Part shown: one piece after another, positions 16,980 to 26,173 of the stretch
How positions within the stretch are numbered: the first letter of the stretch is position 1
Layout of the letters: every line of letters starts with the position of its first letter
Notes under the pieces: model-generated
Told to the model about the DNA's origin: nothing
Database searches by the model: none
What the model saw: only the letters and a program-made list of their open reading frames with translations
Origin: Christensenella sp.
Lineage (GTDB): Bacteria; Bacillota; Clostridia; Christensenellales; CAG-138
Direction of reading: 5' to 3'
DNA: 64,000 nucleotides
NCBI GenBank assembly: GCA_034927595.1
Contig: JAYFPQ010000017.1
Span: forward strand, 100,544 to 164,543
Translations under genes and position numbers: made by a program

Positions 16980-18517
16980 AGTATTATATCGGGTTGGACA
17001 ACGGCGGCACGACGACGAAAGCCGCCGTCTTTGACGAAACGGGCCGCGAAGTCGCCTCCTGCGGCGTCGGCACGCGCATGCTCGTTCCGCGACCGGGCTT
17101 CACCGAGCGGGACATGGACGAAATGTGGGACGCGAACTGCGCGGTGCTCCGCAATGTGCTGCAAAAGGCGAACATCGCCCCGCAGGACGTAGCTTGCATC
17201 GCCTGCTGCGGCCACGGGAAGGGCCTCTATCTCTGGGGAAAGGACGACCGTCCAGTTCGCCCCGGTATCATTTCGACGGACAACCGTGCTTGGGAGTATC
17301 CAAATCGATGGTTCGAACAGGGCGTGACGGATCGCGTGTTCGCGCTTTCCTGCCAGCATGTCCTCGCGAGCCAGCCGGTTTCGCTGCTCGCTTGGCTGCG
17401 GGACAACGAACCGGGCGCGATTGAGCGAACGAAGTATATCTTCGAGTGCAAGGATTATGTCCGTTTTCGGCTGACGAACACCGCCAGCGCCGAGCGGACG
17501 GACTATTCCGGCGCGAACTTTCTGGATCTGCATACGGGAGAGTACTCGCCGGAGCTGCTGGAGCTCTTCGGGCTGGAGGAATGCCTCGCCAAGCTGCCGC
17601 CGCTGATTCGCTCCACCGACATCGCCGGGTTTCTCTCGCGAGAAGCCGCCGAGCGTACCGGACTACGCGAAGGCACGCCCATTGCGGGCGGCGCGTTTGA
17701 CATCGACGCCTGTGCCATTGCCGTCAACGTGGTCAACGAAGACAACATCTGCATGATTGCGGGCACCTGGAGCATCAACGAGTACCTTTGCCGCGCGCCC
17801 GTGACCGATGGCAGCGTGCTGATGAACTCCTATTCGTTTTTGCCGGAATACTATCTTGTGGAGGAATGCAGCCCGACCAGCGCGGGCAATCTGGAATGGT
17901 TTATTACCACGCTGCTGCCGGAGCTCAAGGCGATGGCGGAACAAAACGGCATTTCCATCTACAGCCAACTCGATCATTGGGTGTCCCAAACGCCGCCGGA
18001 GGCAACCTGCCCGATCTTTCTGCCGTTTCTGATGGCGAGCAACGTGCATCCAAACGCGATGGGCTGCTACCTTGGCATGAGCAATTTTCATACGCGCGAG
18101 CACCTTGTCCGCAGCATCTACGAAGGAGTCGCGTTTTCGCACCGGTACCATCTGGAAAAGCTGCTCGCGTCCAAGACGACGCCGACGCGGGCCATCCGCC
18201 TCGCGGGCGGCGCGGCAAAGAGCGCGGTCTGGACGCAGCTGTTTGCGGATGTGATGAACCTGCCTGTCGAGGCGGTCAATGTGAACGAAACGGGCGCGCT
18301 GGGCTGCGCCGTCATCTGCGCGGTTGCCTGCGGGGCGTATCCTTCGCTGGCGGAAGCGGCGGGGGATATGTGCGACATGTCGCCGCCGTGCTTGCCCAAC
18401 GAGCGAAACGTCGCCATCTACGAGGCGAAATACGCGGTATATCAGAAAGCGATCGAAGCGCTCGACCCGTTTTGGAACGATCTGCGAGCGCTGAATGAAA
18501 CGCTGCAACAAAAGTAA
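16976..18517 (+). CDS. lyxK: L-xylulose/3-keto-L-gulonate kinase-like FGGY kinase
   Basis: 513 aa. YIGLDNGGTTTKAAVFDETGRE, PGFTERDMDEMW, PVSLLAWLRDNEP, CSPTSAGNLEWF and HLVRSIYEGVAFSH parallel E. coli LyxK. Confidence 0.85.
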   Translation: MKYYIGLDNGGTTTKAAVFDETGREVASCGVGTRMLVPRPGFTERDMDEMWDANCAVLRNVLQKANIAPQDVACIACCGHGKGLYLWGKDDRPVRPGIISTDNRAWEYPNRWFEQGVTDRVFALSCQHVLASQPVSLLAWLRDNEPGAIERTKYIFECKDYVRFRLTNTASAERTDYSGANFLDLHTGEYSPELLELFGLEECLAKLPPLIRSTDIAGFLSREAAERTGLREGTPIAGGAFDIDACAIAVNVVNEDNICMIAGTWSINEYLCRAPVTDGSVLMNSYSFLPEYYLVEECSPTSAGNLEWFITTLLPELKAMAEQNGISIYSQLDHWVSQTPPEATCPIFLPFLMASNVHPNAMGCYLGMSNFHTREHLVRSIYEGVAFSHRYHLEKLLASKTTPTRAIRLAGGAAKSAVWTQLFADVMNLPVEAVNVNETGALGCAVICAVACGAYPSLAEAAGDMCDMSPPCLPNERNVAIYEAKYAVYQKAIEALDPFWNDLRALNETLQQK

Positions 18518-18590
18518 AGTGATCGAAGCGCTCGACCCGTTCTGGAACGACCTGCGGGCGCTGAACGAAACACTTCAACAACAACAGTAA
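18452..18590 (+). repeat. 70-nt tandem duplication of the kinase 3' end (last 21 codons + stop)
   Basis: 18452-18517 recurs at 18522-18590. The copies differ only by six third-position substitutions and the K/QQ tail. Confidence 0.95.
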
Positions 18591-18602
18591 AGGAGAACGC
18601 AT

Positions 18603-19685
18603 ATGGGAAACAGTTCCATTCCAAAGACGATGAAGGCGCTGGTTGCGTACAGGAAGGATGCATACAAACTGGAAACCGCCTGGCCGGTGCCAACCTGCGG
18701 GGACGACGACATTCTGCTCAAGGTGGAAGGCTGCGGAATCTGCGCGGGCGACCTGAAATGCATGCATGGCGCGGACATGTTCTGGGGCGGCAACGGACAG
18801 CCGAGCTGGGTGCAGCCGCCGTTCATTCCGGGGCATGAGTTCATTGGCGTTGCGGTTGAAATTGGCAAAAACGTGCATGGCGTTGCGCTGGGCGACCGGC
18901 TGACCGCGGATCAGATTTACCCTTGCGGCGAATGCCGTTTCTGCAAAACCGGCAACTACTGGATGTGCCAGCCACATAAAATCTTCGGCTTCTTCCACGA
19001 TGTTTGCGGTGGAATGGCGGAATATATGCTGCTGCCGGCCAAGTCGGTGGTGCACCAGGTGCCTAAGACGCTCCCGCTGGAGCAGGCGCTCCTGATCGAA
19101 CCCTACGCCTGCAGCAAGCACTGCGTGGATCGCGCGCAGATTGGCAGCGAGGACGTCGTCGTGCTCTCCGGCGCGGGTACGCTGGGACTCGGCATGGTCA
19201 CCTACGCGCATTCGCGTAACCCCAAAAAGCTCATCGTGCTGGACATCAAGGATGAGCGGCTGGAGAAGGCGAAGGCCTTTGGCGCGGATCTGGTGCTAAA
19301 TCCCTTAAAGACGGACGTCGTTGCCGAGGTGCTCCGCTTGACGGACGGTTACGGCTGCGATACCTACATTGAAGCGACGGGACATCCGTCCTCGGTGACG
19401 CAGGGCATGGCGATGATTCGCAAGCTCGGCCGGTTCGTCGAATTCTCCGTCTTCAGCGCGCCCGCAACGCTCGACTGGTCGATCATTGGCGACCGTAAGG
19501 AGCTGGACGTACTGGGCTCGCACCTCTCGCCGTATTGCTTCCCGTACGTGATTGAAAACATCGCGAGCGGCAGGCTCAAGACCGACGGCGTGGTGAGCAA
19601 GACCTTCCCGATTGAACAGTGGGAAACGGCGTTCGATTTCGCAACCGGGCGCGCGGGCGACTTTAAGGTAGCGCTCACGTTTTAA
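18603..19685 (+). CDS. Zn-dependent polyol/alcohol dehydrogenase (MDR family)
   Basis: 360 aa with GCGICAGDLKCMHG, PGHEFIG and structural-zinc Cys cluster CGECRFCKTGNYWMC. GroES-like plus Rossmann architecture. Confidence 0.88.
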   Translation: MGNSSIPKTMKALVAYRKDAYKLETAWPVPTCGDDDILLKVEGCGICAGDLKCMHGADMFWGGNGQPSWVQPPFIPGHEFIGVAVEIGKNVHGVALGDRLTADQIYPCGECRFCKTGNYWMCQPHKIFGFFHDVCGGMAEYMLLPAKSVVHQVPKTLPLEQALLIEPYACSKHCVDRAQIGSEDVVVLSGAGTLGLGMVTYAHSRNPKKLIVLDIKDERLEKAKAFGADLVLNPLKTDVVAEVLRLTDGYGCDTYIEATGHPSSVTQGMAMIRKLGRFVEFSVFSAPATLDWSIIGDRKELDVLGSHLSPYCFPYVIENIASGRLKTDGVVSKTFPIEQWETAFDFATGRAGDFKVALTF

Positions 19686-19723
19686 ACGATGGCATTCAAC
19701 CGCTCAAGTGAGGAGTAAGCAAA

Positions 19724-21325
19724 ATGGAATCTGCGGAGCAAATCCGAATCGACCTGCAAACAGGCAATACGTTTCTTGGCATCGAACTGGGATCCACGCG
19801 CATCAAAGCGTCCCTGATTGACGGCACGCACCAGCCAATTGCCTCCGGCTCGTTCGCCTGGGAAAACCGGCTGGAAAACGGTGTTTGGACCTATCGGCTG
19901 GAGGACGCGATTGCCGGAATCCAGGCCTGTTATGCGGACTTACTGCGGCAGGTTCGGGCGAACTATGACGTGACTCCGACCCGCTACCGCGCCATTGGCA
20001 TTTCCGGCATGATGCACGGTTATCTGGCGCTGGATCGCGACGGAAAGCAGCTCGCGCCGTTTCGCACCTGGCGCAACACCATGACCGGTGAGGCAGCCGA
20101 GCGATTGACGGAGCTGTTTTCGCAGAACATTCCGCAGCGCTGGAGCATAGCGCACCTGTATCACAGCATCCTACAGTGTGAGGCGCACGTGGAGCGAATC
20201 GACCTGCTGACCACGCTGGCGGGGTATATCCACTGGCGGCTGACCGGCGAGCGCGTCCTCGGCGTAGACGAGGCGAGCGGCATGTTCCCGATTGACGCGG
20301 CGACGAAGCAGTTTCACCCGCGTATGCTCGCGGCGTTTCGCCGGCTGATTGCGGATCGCATGTATCCCTGGACGTTGGAGCAGATTCTGCCGCGTGTCGC
20401 CGTGGCCGGAGAACGGGCGGGCTCCCTCACGCGGGAAGGCGCGCTGCTGCTCGATCCAAGCGGAGCGCTGGAAGCGGGCATTCCGCTCTGCCCGCCGGAA
20501 GGCGACGCGGGCACGGGCATGGTTGCGACAAACAGCGTTTTGCCGCGCACCGGCAACGTCAGCGTCGGCACGAGTGTATTTGGCATGATCGTTCTCGAGC
20601 GGGAGCTCTCGCGTGTGTATCGCGAAATCGACCTCGTGACCACGCCCGCCGGGGACCCGGTTGCAATGGTGCACTGCAACAACGGCACGAGCGACATCGA
20701 CGCCTGGATCAACCTGATTCGGGACTGCATGCGCGTTTACGGTTTGGAGCCGGATGAGCGGACGTTGTATCAGAGCCTGTTTCGCAGCGCGCTGGAAGGG
20801 GAGGCGGACTGCGGCGGCCTAAGCGGTTGCAACTATCTTTCCGGCGAGCATATTACGGACTTTACCAGCGGACGTCCGCTGTTTGCCCGCCTGCCGGATG
20901 CGCGGCTGAACGCCGCGAACTTCATGCGCACGCAGCTCTTTGGCGTGTTTGCGTCGCTTCGCATCGGCATGGATATCCTCACGGACGGCGAGTCGGTTAA
21001 GATTGACAACCTCAATGGTCACGGAGGATTCTTCCGTGTGGAAGGCGTAGGCCAACGCATCATGGCGGTGGCGCTGCGCACGCCCGTAACCGTCATGGAA
21101 ACCGCGGGCGACGGCGGTCCATGGGGCATGGCGCTGCTGGCGGCATACATGGCGCAAAAGAGCGGCGGCGAAACGCTCGCTAACTATCTGGCACAGCGCG
21201 TGTTCGCCGATTCCAAGCGCGCAACCGTCGTGCCGGATGTGGCGGAGATGTCGGGGTTCGATGCGTATCGAGCGCGGTTCTCCAAACTGCTGGACGCGGA
21301 GCGCGCCGCGCTGGAGATTCGGTAA
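19724..21325 (+). CDS. FGGY-family sugar kinase (candidate ribulokinase replacing classical AraB)
   Basis: 533 aa with [14 protein letters not shown] and FGGY N- and C-terminal domains. No canonical araB is present in the operon, so the ribulokinase role is a context inference. Confidence 0.7.
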   Translation: MESAEQIRIDLQTGNTFLGIELGSTRIKASLIDGTHQPIASGSFAWENRLENGVWTYRLEDAIAGIQACYADLLRQVRANYDVTPTRYRAIGISGMMHGYLALDRDGKQLAPFRTWRNTMTGEAAERLTELFSQNIPQRWSIAHLYHSILQCEAHVERIDLLTTLAGYIHWRLTGERVLGVDEASGMFPIDAATKQFHPRMLAAFRRLIADRMYPWTLEQILPRVAVAGERAGSLTREGALLLDPSGALEAGIPLCPPEGDAGTGMVATNSVLPRTGNVSVGTSVFGMIVLERELSRVYREIDLVTTPAGDPVAMVHCNNGTSDIDAWINLIRDCMRVYGLEPDERTLYQSLFRSALEGEADCGGLSGCNYLSGEHITDFTSGRPLFARLPDARLNAANFMRTQLFGVFASLRIGMDILTDGESVKIDNLNGHGGFFRVEGVGQRIMAVALRTPVTVMETAGDGGPWGMALLAAYMAQKSGGETLANYLAQRVFADSKRATVVPDVAEMSGFDAYRARFSKLLDAERAALEIR

Positions 21326-21370
21326 ACTGTCGAATCAACGCGCCCATGCGATCGTGAACGACCGCAAACT

Positions 21371-21402
21371 AAAAACAAACCGCACTCCGAAATGGAATGC
21401 GG
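21371..21402 (-). terminator. Intrinsic terminator of the minus-strand regulator (may also stop the plus-strand operon)
   Basis: CCGCACTCC-GAAAT-GGAATGCGG hairpin. On the minus strand it is followed by TTTGTTTTT. Confidence 0.5.
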
Positions 21403-21443
21403 AAGAATAAAACGAAATAGAATTGCTTAAAACAGCCGCTCGA

Positions 21444-22973
21444 TCAGTCGACCGGCTGCTTTGCTGCGCTCGCCGCTGGGCCTCCATAAATGGCGATGGA
21501 GAAAACGTTTAGATTCTCTCGCGACGGAAGGTCTTCTATTTGGATGACCGTTTCAAACAGATGCAGGTTGGGCAGCGGGAGCAGCGTGGTAAGCAGAATA
21601 TCATATTGCGGAGCCGACGACTGAAACGATGGCGCACAATACTCTTCCAGATCACAGGCCGTTACCTCGATCGTGGAAAAGTCCGAACCGTTGAACAGAG
21701 ATTTCAGAAAGCTGGCGAGAAACTCTGCGTGAATCCGGCCGGAATCGCTGACGACGAGCACTCGCTTCAAAATGGTTGCGCGCGCGATATTCGGGAATCG
21801 GTAGCACACCTTCACGATCAGGTTGGACAGCATGGGACTCATATCGACACGCGTCCGCTCGGAGAACGTTTGCAGCTCGGTACGGAACGCCTGATGCAGC
21901 GCGGGATGATCCTGCTCCAGCGCGGAAGCCAGAAACTGCATGCGCCTGGGAAAATGGGAGAGGGCAACTGGAAACAGCTTTCGGTAAGAATACATCATAC
22001 CGAGTACACGGTTCAGCCGCTGCTGCGTTTCGGGATCACAAGTCAGATGCAGTTGTTCAAACAGCGACTCATAGAACCGGGTCACTTCGCGATGAAGCAT
22101 GTCCGCTTCTTCGGCGGAGTCCGGCTCCAGCAGAATCTGCTCTAGAAGACATAATACAGGCGTCAAGTGCTGCTTCTCAATCGCGGGAAATACCTGTTGC
22201 AGATAGCGAAAATCCTTGTCGTCCAGATTTCCGCGCAGAACACCGGCGTCCTTTGCGTGAAATCCCTGATTCTCCCGGAGCAGTGAGACCAATACAAACG
22301 ACGTGACCATTGCGAGCACGGCGTCGTCCAGACAGAACAGATCCGCGCGTTCGCTCGGAACATTCTGCCAAATATAGCGCTGCACAAAGTCGAACAGACG
22401 AATCCGGTCGATTGGCAACGATGCGTTGGGCAGAAAGTAATCACCGTCCTGTCTGCGCCGCATCATGATCTCCGGATTCAACTCCAGATAAAACTCAGCG
22501 AGCAGTTTTCGAAGGGTCTGCTCGTTTTTTGCGACCAGACGAAAACGGGTGCCGATCTGCCGAATGCAGCCTCCGGTTTCGGCCAAGTTGCTGTTGATGG
22601 TTGGCAAAATGCGAATCAGCGTTGAGCGGCTCACGAACAGGCGGCTGCGATAGAACTCCAACCCCTGATCGGGATTCAGAATGACCTCCTGAAGAAACTG
22701 AACCGCGACGGAACGCTGAAACATGGCGACGGTGACGGCCTGCATGGCGGCGGAACTGTGGCTGGATAGACGAACGCCGTTTTTTAGCGAGACCGCGATG
22801 GGCAGCACGGTGCCCCACTCGTTCTTCATATAGTTCAAATCGGACTGAACGGTTCGTTCGCTCGCGCCAATCTGAGACGCGATCTCTTCTACCGTGAGCC
22901 ATCCGATCTGGCGGGAGAGGAGATGGAGAATGCCGAGTCGTCGCTGGTCCGTTTCCGGCAGGAGTGTAATCAT
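21444..22973 (-). CDS. Mga/RofA-like stand-alone transcriptional regulator
   Basis: 509 aa. The N-terminal winged HTH RRLGILHLLSRQIGWLTVEEIASQIGASERTVQSDLNYMK, the size, and the divergent position next to a sortase-pilus operon match RofA-like (RALP)/Mga regulators. Confidence 0.55.
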   Translation of the reverse strand: MITLLPETDQRRLGILHLLSRQIGWLTVEEIASQIGASERTVQSDLNYMKNEWGTVLPIAVSLKNGVRLSSHSSAAMQAVTVAMFQRSVAVQFLQEVILNPDQGLEFYRSRLFVSRSTLIRILPTINSNLAETGGCIRQIGTRFRLVAKNEQTLRKLLAEFYLELNPEIMMRRRQDGDYFLPNASLPIDRIRLFDFVQRYIWQNVPSERADLFCLDDAVLAMVTSFVLVSLLRENQGFHAKDAGVLRGNLDDKDFRYLQQVFPAIEKQHLTPVLCLLEQILLEPDSAEEADMLHREVTRFYESLFEQLHLTCDPETQQRLNRVLGMMYSYRKLFPVALSHFPRRMQFLASALEQDHPALHQAFRTELQTFSERTRVDMSPMLSNLIVKVCYRFPNIARATILKRVLVVSDSGRIHAEFLASFLKSLFNGSDFSTIEVTACDLEEYCAPSFQSSAPQYDILLTTLLPLPNLHLFETVIQIEDLPSRENLNVFSIAIYGGPAASAAKQPVD

Positions 22974-23322
22974 CTGGAAACCTCAACACACCAAGGTATG
23001 ATTCTTATTTTATCAACATTTCTTAAGTAACTCCACACTTAATACAAACTAAATTCTAAAATTACATTGTAATGCGAAAAATCTGAATACCACTTTTGCG
23101 GGTGTCTATATTATAATGCGAAATGTTACATTGTGATAATACGCACAATAGAAGTATTATTGTACTGTAAGTATAAAACGAATTATGCAGCGCATAGGGT
23201 AGCCCGATCGCCTATATTCAGCGATTTCAGGCAATCGGACTATTTTTTGTGGCCTAAGTCGCGCAAACGCCTGACTGAACAGCTATATCACTAGAACAAC
23301 AAACAAGGAAGTAAGGCACGAT

Positions 23323-26076
23323 TTGGAACCCAAACGGATGAAACCGGCGAAACGTCGAAATACGCAGCGAACGAATCAGCGCAGAACCGCGATATGGTCT
23401 GCGCCGCTTCTGATTGCCGCGCTGCTGTTTGCGTTTGGTTACTGCTCGCAGCCTGCTTTCGCACTGGATGGCATTCCCGCGCCAGCGGAAGAAACGCCGT
23501 ATGTGAGTCCGCTGCCGAAGGAAACGCAGCCGGAGGCAACAACAGAACCGGGCGCAGAAACGCCGAACCCGCTGGATACGCCTACGCCTGTTCCTTCACC
23601 TTCGGCGGAGGTCGAACTCACCGCCACACCAGCGCAGTCGACTTCCCCGGAGCCGACGTCCACCTTGGAGCCAACCGTCACGCCCGAGCCGAGCGTTACA
23701 CCCGAGCTGAGCGCTACACCCGAGCCGAGCGCAACACCAGAACCCGGTCGAACGGACGAGTTCGCGGGAGCGCAAGGCAAACTCGGTATTCGCGTAGCGA
23801 CGACGGACCCCGCCGCGGATTCCACGATTGCGGTGCAGACCGTGCTCAACATAGCCCGACTGAACGCAAGCGACGACGCGGAGGCGTATGCGCAGTATCT
23901 GGCGTTGCTGGACGGCGTTGTTTCCGAAACCGCGCTGGAAAACTGCCAGATTCTTGTGCTGGAATACCAGGTGGACGGCTCCATTGTTCCGCCGCCGCAG
24001 ACGCCGGCGAGCATTCGGATTTCCGACGAAGATTGTTTTTCGGCCTTTGCGCCGAATTCCATGCATGTGTATTGCCTGCCGGAGGGCGGGGATACGTTTG
24101 TTGAGGCGAAGGATCTGTCCGTGGACGCGGACGCAGGCACGATGGATTGCGCCGCGCAAAGCTGCCCGGCGGTGATCGTCCTTTCCGGCGAGCCCGCGCT
24201 GGAACTCAGCGCAACGCCGGAACCGACCATTGCGCCCGCCTACGTATTCGAAAAGGACGGGCTTTACGTAACCGGCTCGCCCGCGTCGGCGGACGTGCTG
24301 CCGGAAAATGCGGAGCTCATCGCAACGCGCATCACCAAGGAGTCTAACCCCGAGCAATACGCGCTCTACCTCGGCGCGTTGCAGCAGCTCTACGGCGTGG
24401 TAGGGGACATGGAGTTCTTTGCCTACGACATTCGGTTTCAGGCGGAAGGTCAGGAAGTGGAGCCGTATGGCGACGTGGTGAACGTAAGCATTCGCGACGA
24501 CGCGTTCCCGCAGAGCGTGGAAGAGCCGCTGGTATACCACGTGGTGGAGGAAGATCAGCAGGCACCGGCGCTGGAGGAGGTTCCCGCGCAGGCAACGCTG
24601 GACGCGGAGGGCACACAGGTCAGCTTCGCGGCGGAGAGCTTTTCGGTCTATATCGTGCTGGCAAACGGCACAACGCTGACGCTCGCGGACAACTCCGGCC
24701 TGACCTACAAGGTGATTGCCGCGGAAGCGGACACCTTTACGCATACGAGTTATTACAACTCCGGCAGGCCGCTGGGCATCGCGGGCAACTTCCATATCGT
24801 GGCATTTAACAACGCGACGCTCGGCGCGCATACGAACGGAAACGTTCTGGCAAAAGCGGTCAGCGCAAACAGCAACTTCGGCACCAACGGGCTGACGGAC
24901 GAGCTCTCCTATATTCAAACCTATACGCAGGTCAACGGCGTCAGCGCCGCGAGCACGGCGCATGTGCTTGCCCTCGGCAACGCAAATACGATTACCGCCA
25001 TGGACAACGGCAACGCCTTTGGCGTCAACGGAACCAAGCTGGATCGCCCGAAGAACCTCTGGCAGGATCAGTCGACCGCAACGTTGCCGTTCATCGATCT
25101 TGCGGCGGTCAAAACAAGCACAAAGTCGATCGCTTCCTCGCTCGCGGGCAAGAGCACGATCAACGTAACCTCGCATTTGTCCACCTCGGCTGGGAGCTGC
25201 ACCGAGAGCTACCTGACCCTGACGGATCCGGACAAGGTTGGTATCTACAACATTACCGCTTCCGCGCTCAGCGGCTATACGTACTTCGGCGTGCAGGGGT
25301 TCCAAAGCGGCCATGACGGTACGGTGATCATCAACGTTAACTGCGCGGGTGTTTCGAGCAACATCACGCTGCCGGAGTGCCGCATGTATTATGGCAGCGG
25401 CGGCACCGCGACGGCCGTGAACTTTGCGGAGGTAACGAGCTTCGTCAACGGGCGCATTCTCTGGAACCTCGTCAACTGCACGACGACGGTGACCACGCGG
25501 CTGCTCTATGCTTCCCTGCTTGCGCCGGACGCGTCGATTACCGTAGGTCAGAACCTGAACGGAACCGTCATCGGCAACAACGTGACCATCAGCGCCGAGA
25601 GCCACCGGGACGACTTTGTCGGCAGCCTGTCCAACGGCGTCACGGTGACGGGCAGCAAGGTCTGGACCGACTACGGCACCGGCGCGCCCGCGAACACGAG
25701 CGTGACGTTCCAGCTCTATCGTTCCACCGACGGCGGCGCAACCCGAACGGCCTATGGCAGCCCGGTTACGCTCAACGCCACGACGGGCTGGACGTACGAC
25801 TGGACGGAGCTGCCGACCGGCAGCTTGTATACGATCGTTGAAACCACGGTGCTAAAGGGCTCGACCGACGTTACGACGAGCTATGCCGCAACGTACTCCA
25901 CGCAGACCGGCATCTCGAGCGGAACGATCACCGTTTCCAACCTTTATCTCTACGCGCTGCCGAAGACCGGCGGCATCGGCACGAGGGTATACGTCGTGCT
26001 GGGAACGCTGCTCTGCCTGATGGCCGCATGCATCCGCTCGCTGCAACGAAAACGATACGACGCGGATGCGCTCTAA
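23323..26076 (+). CDS. LPXTG-anchored pilus tip adhesin candidate
   Basis: 917 aa (TTG 23323, or ATG 23338 giving MKPAKRR..). Signal peptide, then a TPEPSx repeat stalk. GNFHIVAFNNATLGAHTNGNVLAK resembles choice-of-anchor-A domains. CnaB-type domain VTVTGSKVWTDY..WTYDWTELP. Sorting signal LPKTG + TM + RKRYD. Confidence 0.8.
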   Translation: MEPKRMKPAKRRNTQRTNQRRTAIWSAPLLIAALLFAFGYCSQPAFALDGIPAPAEETPYVSPLPKETQPEATTEPGAETPNPLDTPTPVPSPSAEVELTATPAQSTSPEPTSTLEPTVTPEPSVTPELSATPEPSATPEPGRTDEFAGAQGKLGIRVATTDPAADSTIAVQTVLNIARLNASDDAEAYAQYLALLDGVVSETALENCQILVLEYQVDGSIVPPPQTPASIRISDEDCFSAFAPNSMHVYCLPEGGDTFVEAKDLSVDADAGTMDCAAQSCPAVIVLSGEPALELSATPEPTIAPAYVFEKDGLYVTGSPASADVLPENAELIATRITKESNPEQYALYLGALQQLYGVVGDMEFFAYDIRFQAEGQEVEPYGDVVNVSIRDDAFPQSVEEPLVYHVVEEDQQAPALEEVPAQATLDAEGTQVSFAAESFSVYIVLANGTTLTLADNSGLTYKVIAAEADTFTHTSYYNSGRPLGIAGNFHIVAFNNATLGAHTNGNVLAKAVSANSNFGTNGLTDELSYIQTYTQVNGVSAASTAHVLALGNANTITAMDNGNAFGVNGTKLDRPKNLWQDQSTATLPFIDLAAVKTSTKSIASSLAGKSTINVTSHLSTSAGSCTESYLTLTDPDKVGIYNITASALSGYTYFGVQGFQSGHDGTVIINVNCAGVSSNITLPECRMYYGSGGTATAVNFAEVTSFVNGRILWNLVNCTTTVTTRLLYASLLAPDASITVGQNLNGTVIGNNVTISAESHRDDFVGSLSNGVTVTGSKVWTDYGTGAPANTSVTFQLYRSTDGGATRTAYGSPVTLNATTGWTYDWTELPTGSLYTIVETTVLKGSTDVTTSYAATYSTQTGISSGTITVSNLYLYALPKTGGIGTRVYVVLGTLLCLMAACIRSLQRKRYDADAL
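23680..23748 (+). repeat. 3.8 tandem copies of an 18-nt (TPEPSx) coding repeat
   Basis: ACGCCCGAGCCGAGCGTT / ACACCCGAGCTGAGCGCT / ACACCCGAGCCGAGCGCA / ACACCAGAACCCGGT, in frame with the adhesin. Confidence 0.9.
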
Positions 26077-26173
26077 ACCGGAGGACAAGGCGCGGATGCG
26101 CCATGGAAGTATATAACGTTTGAACAAGAATCCACTTGACTCAATCGATGAAATGAGCAGAAAGGCAAACACG

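Noticed and set aside
18452-18590. Diversity-generating retroelement (template/variable repeat) as an explanation for the 3'-end echo repeats, here and at 41380 and 498.
   Set aside because: No reverse transcriptase or accessory gene is nearby. The repeats are only 30-70 nt. The differences are not adenine-specific; they are T/C, A/G and G/T third-position changes.
26061-26101. 11-mer CGCGGATGCGC present at the adhesin stop region and again 30 nt downstream.
   Set aside because: A single 11-nt match of this kind is expected about once by chance in a 64-kb window, and there is no codon-level correspondence.
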